Shown one piece after another: positions 31,403-41,963 of a stretch of 64,000 nt of DNA. Position 1 is the first letter of the stretch; every line of letters starts with the position of its first letter. Under the pieces are notes generated by a model. The model searched no databases, was not told the DNA's origin, and saw only the letters and a list, made by a program, of their open reading frames with translations. The position numbers and the translations under genes were made by a program. Source of the DNA: an uncultured cyanobacterium (GTDB taxonomy: Bacteria; Cyanobacteriota; Cyanobacteriia; Leptolyngbyales; Leptolyngbyaceae); assembly GCA_963766075.1 (NCBI GenBank), contig CAVYAN010000049.1, positions 13,598-77,597 of the forward strand. The letters are read 5' to 3'.

Positions 31403-34400
31403 ATGACACAGCCCACGGAGCCAGGAAAAGAACCGCAGTCCAATCCTCAGCCCCAGGGGGAAACCCAGGGAGGGAACGCTCTGGGGGAGTTCTTGCCAAA
31501 CTGGGGCGGACGGCGACTGCGAAAAGTAGTTCTGCCCGCGGGCGGAGTACTGCTGGCGGGCACCGTGGGCGGGCTGTGGTGGGGAACCCACTGGATCAAG
31601 CACAATCTCGCGCCTTTGGTGGCCGAAAACCTCAGCCGCAGCTTGGAGCGTCCCGTGAATCTGGGACCGTTAGAACGCTTTAGTCTAACCGGCCTTCGGT
31701 TCGGGCGCTCGGCGATTCCCCCCACGCCCACGGATCCCGATCAGGTCAGCCTGGACGCGGTCGAAGTCAGCTTTGACCCAATCAAAATTCTCACGACACG
31801 GGATCTGAATCTAGATGTCACCTTGGTTAAACCCAAGCTGCGCCTTGAGCAAGATGCCCAAGGATTGTGGATAACGACCAAAATTGAGGAAAAAAAAGAA
31901 GACGGTCCGGTAAAGATCGTCCTGAAAAGCCTGCGGTTTCAGGATGCGGACATTTCCCTCGTCCCTACGCGCAAGGTGGGCAAAGGATTGGCATCAGCGA
32001 TCGCCCTGGCTCACGCCAACGGGCGCGTTGACTTTGGGGACCGCAACCAACGGTTCACCTATCAACTCCAAGGGCAGGCATCCACGGGCGGGCAGCTCGA
32101 TTTGTCTGGAGAAACCCAGGCCAAGCCTCTGCAAACCACGCTCCGGATTAAGGCCCAGGATATGGCCGTGGCCGAATATCGATCGCCTGCTCAAACTGCC
32201 CATCAACCTACCGGCGGGTCGAGCCGATGGCAATCTGGAGATCACCATTCTGCCGAATCAAACCCAGCCCAATTTGATGGGAACCGCCACCGTGCGCCAG
32301 GTCACCCTGGAAATTCCCCGCGCCCCCACCCCCCTGACCCAAATTGCCGGTAACTTACGGTTCAACGGCTCCGAAATCCGTCTGGATCAGGTCAAGGCGC
32401 GCTACGGTACGGTGCCCTTCCAGGCCATGGGCAGCCTCGATACCCGGACTGGTTTCAACCTGAAGGCCCAGGTTCCTGCTGTGGACCTCAGCGCCGTGGT
32501 GAAAACCCTCAACCTGACGCTGCCCTTTGCCGCAACGGGGAAAGTCGTTGCCGATCTCAACCTGACCGGAGCCTTGACCCAGCCCCGCTTGACGGGGACC
32601 GCCCGTACCACCAAGGTCAGCACACTGGATCGGGTCGCCCTCAGCCGCGTCAGCACCCAGTTTGAGTTTGATCCCCAGGCCATGCTTGTGCGTTTTCCCC
32701 GCATTGCAGCGACCCCTGCCGCTGGGGGGAAAGTGATTGGTTCAGGGCCAGGTGCAACTGGGTACGGGGCAACCCGACGCAGTGCCCCAACTGGCATTTA
32801 ATTTCCAGGCCGCAGAGGTTTCAGGCGATGCGATCGCCCCCGCCTACAACGACGGCAATCCCTTGCCGATCACCCTGGGGCGGATGAGTGCCCAAGTGCA
32901 AATCACGGGCTCCGCGGCCAACCCCCAAACCCTGGTGCGCTGGCAAGCCCCCGCGGCCACCTATGCCGGAGCCGGGGAAATTCTGATCGCGGGGGGACGC
33001 ACCACCCTCCGCACCACCCAGTTGAACGTCGCAGGCGGGACCGTCAACGTCGCTGGCCAAGCCTTCCAGGGCAAATGGCAGGGCACCGCGGTGGCCCAAA
33101 AAATTCCCCTCAAGGCTTTTTCGGCGGATTTGCGGGGTAATTTCAATGGCCAGTTTAATCTGGCAGGCACCCTAGACTCCTTCCGACCCGCCGATATTCG
33201 CGCCCAGGGAGAAGCAACCTTTTCCGAGGGGCTATCGGTCATTCGCCAGCCCATGACGGCTCAGGTGCAGTGGGATGGCCAAAAACTTGCCGTCCAGCGG
33301 GCCACGGCTCCTGGATTTAGCGCCACTGGCGCGGTGTTTGCCAAACTGGAAGGGGCGGGTGCCCCGGCAATCACGGGTCTAGACCTGAATGTGAATGCTA
33401 CGAATTTGAGTTTGCAGGATTTGGCGATTCCTACACCCAGCACTATCCAACTGGCCGGACGCACAGATTTTACCGGGCGGATCACCGGCAGTGCGGCGGC
33501 TCCTCGGGTCACAGGGAATGTGAACCTGCGGGATTTGATGGTGAATGGAACGGCCTTTGAGAAGCAGATGCAGGGCACGGTGACGGTGGCTCAGGGGGTG
33601 GATATCAAACTGGCAGGAGTGCGCGATCGCATCGCCCTCACCCTGAATGCCAACAATCAAGTCACGGCCTTTGACGTGCGCCAGGGGAATGCGATCGCCA
33701 AAGGCACGGGCCAAGGCGATCTGCTCAACATTCAGGCCCAAAACTTGCCCTTGGCCCTGCTGCTGCCCCGCAGTACCGCCGCCCTGCTCAGCCTCGGCGG
33801 CGAACTCAACGGGACTTTGGCTGTTAATGTTGCAACACTGGCCGTCGCAGGGCAAGTCGATGTCAAAAATCCAGAGGTCAACGGGTTTCGGGCCAATCAG
33901 TTTGGTGGCCGCATCAGCTTTGCCAACGGCGTCGCGACCCTCACGGAAACCGCCCTGACGCGCGGCAAAACAACCCTGCAACTCAGCGGCAGCGCCAATG
34001 TTCTGAGTGCCGATCCCCAGATCAAAGGCCAAGTCAAAGTCGTCCAGGGCCGACTCCAGGATGTGCTGCAATTGGCCCAACTGTTCGATCTGGAAGACCT
34101 GACCCCATTCAAACGCCCGATCACCCGTTCTGCGGCAGATTTAACGACGGTCCCGGTTGCGCTGGCCAATGCGTCTATTTTCAATCGGCTGCGGCGGCTC
34201 TCGGAGGTGCAAGCCTTCTTCGCCCAACGAGACCAGGAGCGTCAAGAGGCACTACTCCCCGACTTGCGAGATTTACAGGGCGACTTCAGCGTTGATGTGA
34301 GCGTGGCCGGATCCCTGAAATCCGGGCTAGATCTCGCCTTCAAACTGGATGGAACCGACTGGAAATGGGGTGGCTATCCCGCCGTCAACCGAGTGATTGC

Positions 34401-36234
34401 CGAGGGCACCTCAACCAAAGGCGTGGTGTCTCTGGTGCCCCTGCGGTTACAGACGGGGGATGCCTTTGTCGCGTTTTCGGGACAGTTGGGGGGCGAAAAG
34501 CAGTCCGGACAGTTCCGGATGGAAAACGTGCCCCTCGCCGAACTGACCAGTTTGACGGAACGGGTGCTGAAGCGTCCGCTGCCATTAAACATGGACGGCA
34601 AACTCACCGCAACGGCCACGCTGTCGGGAAACCTGGATAATCCCCAAGCGATCGGCGACCTCTCCCTCCGCGAAGGCACCCTCAACGGCAATCCCGTGCA
34701 ACAGGCCCAAGGGAGTTTCAGCTATGCCAACGCCCGGTTCGGATTTGGCACGAATGTCGCCATTACCGGGCAGGAACCGCTGACGATCGCCGGCAGCATC
34801 CCTGCGCCTTTGCCGTTTACCAATCCCCCGACGGATGAAAGGTTGGATGTGACGATTAAGGTCAAAAATGACGGCTTAGCCCTGCTCAATTTGCTGACTA
34901 ACAACTTAGTGGTGTGGGAAAACGGCAAGGGGCAAGTCGATTTGAAGGTCAGTGGCAAGGCCGATCAGCCGATTGTGGAAGGCCGCATTGACATTGCCGA
35001 TGCCACGATTCAAGCGCGGGCCATCCCCGGTAAATTGACCGGCGTCACCGGGAACCTCAAGTTTGACGCGGACCGTCTGCTGATTCGCGATCAGCTCACG
35101 GCCCAGTTTAGCCAGGGGGAAGTGGTGGTCAGCGGTGGAATTCCCATCTTTTCTCCGGTGCCCGCAAACCCGCAGGATCCCACGAGCTTCCTGCAAGTGA
35201 ACCTCAATAAAATTGCCCTCCGCCTCAAAGGCATTTACCAAGGTGGTGTGGGGGGCAATATTCAGGTGATGGGGACGGCCTTGGCACCGGTGATTGGCGG
35301 TGAAATTCGCTTGCAGGACGGGCAGGTGTTGCTGGCGGATCAACCGGAAACTCCGACGGCGGAAGATTTGCAAAATCAGTCCCCGGTGCAATTTCAAAAC
35401 TTGGCCCTGCGGCTGGGCGATCGCGTGCGGGTCACCCGACAGCCCATCCTGAATTTCCTGGCCTCCGGCGACTTAACCATCAACGGGAGTCTCAGTGATC
35501 TGCAACCCCAGGGCACCATTCGCCTCAATGCGGGCCAAGTCAACCTATTTACAACCCAGTTCAACCTGCTGCGGGGCTATCCCCAAACCGCCGAATTCGT
35601 TGCCAGTCAAGGACTTGACCCCAATCTTGACATTCGCCTGATTGCCTCCCTGCCGGAAACGACCGGCGGCAGGCTTCCCAACAGCACCCTGTCCTCCGAA
35701 ATTTCGGATTCCCTCACCCCCACCACTCGGTTTGGCGGGGTGCAAACCGTCCGGGTCCAAGCCCGCGCCCAGGGGCCAGCCAGCCAATTGTTCGACAACC
35801 TGGAACTGACCAGTAGTCCGGCTCGCAACCGGGCCGAAATTCTGGCCTTGCTGGGCGGTGGCTTTGTGGCCACGCTGGGACGGGGCGACAGTACGTTAGG
35901 CATTGCCAACCTGGCGGGTTCGGCCTTGCTGACGAATATCCAAACGGTGATTGGCAATGCCCTGGGCTTAAGTGAATTCCGCCTCTTTCCGACTCTGACC
36001 CAGGAAACTAGTAGTCGCGGATCGCGGGGTAGCGCGTCGAGCTTGGGCTTGGCGGCAGAAGCGGCGATCGATATTACCCCCACTATTTCACTGTCCGCGT
36101 TAAAGATCCTCACCTCTGATGACCCGACCCAATTTGGGCTGCGCTATCGGCTAAACGAGAACTTTTTGGTGCGCAGTTCCAGTGATTTTTCTGGGGATAG
36201 CCGCGCTGTGGTGGAATACGAAGCCCGCTTTTAA
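31403..36234 (+). CDS. TamB-like translocation/assembly module protein (DUF490 C-terminus). Read in three frames: ORFs 31319-32353, 31944-32801 and 32737-36234.
   Basis: N-terminal signal-anchor helix VVLPAGGVLLAGTVGGLWWG, about 1600 codons of Gly/Asn/Thr/Val-rich beta-repeat sequence, and a C-terminal ...LRYRLNENFLVRSSSDFSGDSRAVVEYEARF ending in an aromatic residue. The three ORFs join smoothly (..QDMAVA|NIDRLLKLPINL.. and ..AAGGKVIG|QGQVQLGTGQ..). Confidence 0.8.
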
Positions 36235-36321
36235 TGGATTAGGCTTTCCCAGGCCATCATCATGCCAAGCCAGCGGCTCCCTTGTCGCAGAATTTACCCG
36301 CCCCTAACCCCTCCCAGCAGA

Positions 36322-36483
36322 TGACCCACCCCTAACCCCTCCGAGGAGGGGAATTGGTCCGAAAATCCCCTCCTCGGAGGGGTGCCCGTAGGGCGGGGTG
36401 GGTCAAACTCTGCCCGCTCAGACCACCCAGTGCGATCGCTGAGTCATTACGTGGGATGTTCAGTTTTTTGGAAGTCCCTAAGT
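36322..36483. mobile_element. 5'-truncated copy of a MITE-like structured repeat (same family as 37932-38132)
   Basis: About 160 bp align base-for-base, with a few mismatches, to 37972-38132. It contains nested inverted repeats GACCCACCCC...GGGGTGGGTC and CCCCTCCGAGGAGGGG...CCCCTCCTCGGAGGGG, and ends in TTGGAAGTCCCTAAG. Confidence 0.8.
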
Positions 36484-36561
36484 AGGCAAGCCCGTGCAAT
36501 CGATTGACCTAACCCCCTCGCCTCTGTGGTTAATCTGTTGGATCATTAATGGCTGGGCGGT

Positions 36562-37044
36562 TTAGGAGACGAGGGCTTTGCCGTTGCCGTTGCCGTTGCC
36601 GTTGACAAATGCCGGGGCGTTGCCGTTGGCGAATGCGGGGGCGGGGCTGTCGGGGGTGGTTGGGCGGAGGCTGGGGCCAATGGCGGCGGGCTGCTGACGG
36701 GTTGACTTCTGGGTGGAACGCCGCCGCTCGCTTCTGGGGGTGCCGCCCGCCTTGCCGTATTCGCTGCTGTTGGTGCCGTATTTGGCGGCTACGCCCAAGA
36801 GCATGTGTTCGGAGCGATCGCGGACGCGCTGTTCGGTCTGTTTGATTTGGCGGGCTAGGGCGTCGAGGTCGGAGAGGGCGCGGTTGTAGTTGGCGATTTG
36901 GGCGCGGAGGGTTTGGATGTCGGCGGAGTAGAGGGCGAGGGTGAGGTCGTTGCCGAGATCGAGGGTGGGGCTGATCGCGTGCAAACCGGCTTCGCGTTTT
37001 TCGGCTTTTTGCAGGACGGCAGAGGATCGTTTGGGACGGGCCAT
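36562..37044 (-). CDS. hypothetical coiled-coil protein with basic region and Asn-Gly repeat tail (start at MARPKRSS)
   Basis: ORF 36562-37101 with an internal ATG at 37044. A predicted helical region (LRAQIANYNRALSDLDALARQIKQTEQRVRD) is followed by a basic RSERRRSTQKSTRQQ stretch. The C-terminal NGNGNGNG is encoded by GCCGTT x4 at 36581-36604. Confidence 0.5.
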   Translation of the reverse strand: MARPKRSSAVLQKAEKREAGLHAISPTLDLGNDLTLALYSADIQTLRAQIANYNRALSDLDALARQIKQTEQRVRDRSEHMLLGVAAKYGTNSSEYGKAGGTPRSERRRSTQKSTRQQPAAIGPSLRPTTPDSPAPAFANGNAPAFVNGNGNGNGKALVS

Positions 37045-37350
37045 GGGAGTTGCTCCTGGGTTCAATTCAATGTGGATTAAAGTCAATGGCGGGGGTGTCA
37101 TTGCCGTCGCGATATTTTGGGGCCATCAGCGCTAATTTCTCGGCTGATGGCATTCGCCGCCATTACCTTTGCACTGTATCGATTCGGCGGGACTGGCAAC
37201 CTGAGGGAAATTGGGGAACATCAGCGGGGCGGCGGACTGCCAGCGCCCTGGTTTTTGGGTGAATATGCCCTTTGCGATCGCCGATCGACTCCGCTATTCC
37301 GGGGCCAATCGGCGACGACGGCGGGGCGAATTTAGGCAAATTAATCTGAT

Positions 37351-37565
37351 TCTGTGATCAACGTAAGATTTTGTTATTGATGCGCCGATGTTTCTGGGAA
37401 TGCGGGCGATCGCACTGAGGTTGATCCCGCCATTTCTAAGAAACACTCATGTCGTTCTGTGATCAACGTAAGTTTTTGTTATTGATGCGCCGATGTTTCT
37501 GACTTGCACTGATGTTTTTCTGAGATCAGTATAGGAATTTGTTATTAATGCGCCGATGTTTGTGA
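37351..37565 (+). repeat. three dispersed direct copies of a ~46-bp unit (TCTGTGATCAACGTAAGnTTTTGTTATTGATGCGCCGATGTTTCTG)
   Basis: Copies at 37351-37396 and 37456-37501 are near identical. A diverged third copy is at 37519-37565. All three are in the same orientation. Confidence 0.9.
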
Positions 37566-37718
37566 GTTTGATCGCGATGTTTGTGAGTTTGATCGCGATA
37601 TTTGTGTGTGCGATCGCGATGCTTCTGGGTTTGATCGCGATGTTTGGAAGTTTGATCGCGATATTTGTGAGTTTGCTCGCGTACTTTCTGGGTGACGTGC
37701 GGATGATCTTTGGGATGA
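37551..37718 (+). repeat. head-to-tail array of ~7-8 x 21-bp units (consensus TCGCGATGTTTGTGAGTTTGA)
   Basis: Units start at 37551, 37572, 37593, 37614, 37635, 37656 and 37677, with a degenerate unit at 37698. The core GATGTTTnTG is shared with the ends of the 46-bp units. Confidence 0.9.
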
Positions 37719-37809
37719 GGGCGATCGCCATAAGAAGGAGCGCGATGTGGGTTTGGGATGGTGCGATTGTCCAGCCGAGGATTGGCGATCGCGGCATGAC
37801 CGAATTAAG

Positions 37810-38370
37810 CCCGCGAATCAATGATGCCGGTGGCGAATTAGAAAAAGAAAAATGAAAGCGTGATTTGAGCGCGATCGGCGATCGCATCATCCGCACCGGA
37901 ATGAAATTCGGTGCTCTCAGGGCAAAGTCAGTTAGGGACTTCCAAGAAATAAATAGTGCCAATGCAGAGTTTGACCCACCCCTAGCCCCTCCAAGGAGGG
38001 GAATTAGTCCGAAAATCCCCTCCTCGGAGGGGTGCCCGGAGGGCGGGGTGGGTCAGACTTCGCCATTTCAGACAACCCAGTGCGATCGCTGAGTTGTTCC
38101 GTGGAATGTTTATTTTCTTGGAAGTCCCTTAGAAACTGACTGGGGAGTTTGCGATAGCTACGCACCCAGAGTCCGCTACGCACCAGAGTCCGCGTATCCA
38201 ACCCAATTCGTAAGATTGAAAGAGGAGGACTGGATCGTGCAGTCCACTTCTAGTGGACTTCGCCCCGAGAGCGCCGACTTCCAGTCCGGTGCGATTCAGA
38301 GCGATCGCCGAGGAATTTCCAAAGACCTTTTTCTTTCTTGAATTCGCTACCGGTATGATTGATTCGCGGG
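37810..38370. repeat. long imperfect inverted repeat (arms ~37810-37929 and ~38256-38370) forming a ~560-bp palindromic element
   Basis: The reverse complement of the left arm (GACTTTGCCCTGAGAGCACCGAATTTCATTCCGGTGCGGATGATGCGATCGCCGA...TTCGCCACCGGCATCATTGATTCGCGGG) aligns with the right arm (GACTTCGCCCCGAGAGCGCCGACTTCCAGTCCGGTGCGATTCAGAGCGATCGCCGA...TTCGCTACCGGTATGATTGATTCGCGGG). Confidence 0.8.
37932..38132. mobile_element. complete ~200-bp MITE-like element with terminal inverted repeats, inserted at the inner edge of the larger palindrome
   Basis: Left end is TTAGGGACTTCCAAGAAATAAATA and right end is TATTTTCTTGGAAGTCCCTTAG (reverse complements). The interior carries GACCCACCCC/GGGGTGGGTC and CCCCTCC..GGAGGGG hairpins and a HIP1 site. 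Confidence 0.75.
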
Positions 38371-38486
38371 CAATTGATTCGCGGGCAGGGGGCGATCGCG
38401 GGATTACAGAATTAAATGTGAAGCTTCCGGGCAAAAGGGGATTTCCTTTGTTAGAAAAGAGAAGTTATCCCCCCAGAGTTTATCCC

Positions 38487-41416
<2,930 letters not shown>

Positions 41417-41433
41417 GGGGTGGGAGCGCAAAT

Positions 41434-41460
41434 CCCCGGCATTTTTCAAAAATGCCGGGG
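41434..41460. terminator. bidirectional stem-loop terminator between convergent genes
   Basis: Perfect palindrome CCCCGGCATTTTT-c-AAAAATGCCGGGG, with A/T runs built into both arms. It sits between the end of the TPR gene (41416) and the end of the hicB-like gene (41520). Confidence 0.7.
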
Positions 41461-41519
41461 ATCTTTCAGGACCGTTAGGCTCTACGCACTCAGACGCTGC
41501 ATTTGGGCGATCGCTTGAT

Positions 41520-41702
41520 TCACATCCGGCAAGACTCGATTATTGGGGTGCGGGCAGTTTCCAGCCACAATTGCAGCACCATTTGCAACGCTTGAAACGT
41601 CTCCTCAATCGTCTCCCCCTGGGCCAAACACCCCTTCAAAGCCGGGATTTCAGCCACAAACCCACCCTCTTCACAGGGATAAATCACCATTGGATAATTC
41701 AC
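41520..41702 (-). CDS. HicB-like / UPF0150 family small protein (antitoxin fold), no adjacent HicA
   Basis: MNYPMVIYPCEEGGFVAEIPALKGCLAQGETIEETFQALQMVLQLWLE matches the HicB N-terminal pattern (Y.v......eGGy.a..P.lpGc...G.t.eEa). Confidence 0.7.
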   Translation of the reverse strand: MNYPMVIYPCEEGGFVAEIPALKGCLAQGETIEETFQALQMVLQLWLETARTPIIESCRM

Positions 41703-41963
41703 GCGCTTTCTCCCGTATCATCCTCAGGTTAAGTCTGGATTTTATTCTTAGAAATGAGAATTAAATAAGGGACAGATTTTTTAGCGGCTAAGCGATTGGC
41801 AGGGGGGCTAGCCGACAAGCAAAGACCCGTGTCGCAGTTTTGCTTTATTGGGGGGAATTTGTAGCTGTTAATCAATCCTTGTTCCCTCGCCGAAAGAACG
41901 GACACGAACCAATGGCATAGAATATGGGAGATTGATTGCCCCGCTTTCCCAAACCTTGCCCCT

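Noticed and set aside
33379-34080. 233-aa minus-strand ORF, plus several others at 32.8-35.4 kb
   Set aside because: All are antisense or off-frame within the long tamB-like gene. Long shadow ORFs are expected in GC-rich repeat-like coding sequence.
37351-37718. Possible CRISPR array
   Set aside because: The 21-bp units abut with no spacers. The 46-bp units are separated by non-unique, partly related sequence. The repeats are not palindromic, and there are no cas genes in the window.
37447-37962. 171-aa minus ORF and 99-aa plus ORF (37556-37855) covering the 21-bp repeat array
   Set aside because: Their heptad periodicity (NIAIKLT... and MFVSLIA...) is a direct consequence of the 21-bp DNA period. 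Both strands are open, there is no RBS, and the sequence is not protein-like outside the repeats. They are treated as non-coding, though this is not proven.
38253-38486. 5' extension of the first NLR ORF (MDFAPRAPTSS...)
   Set aside because: This segment is the right arm of the long inverted repeat. The conserved-looking protein begins at MADPVTW (38487).
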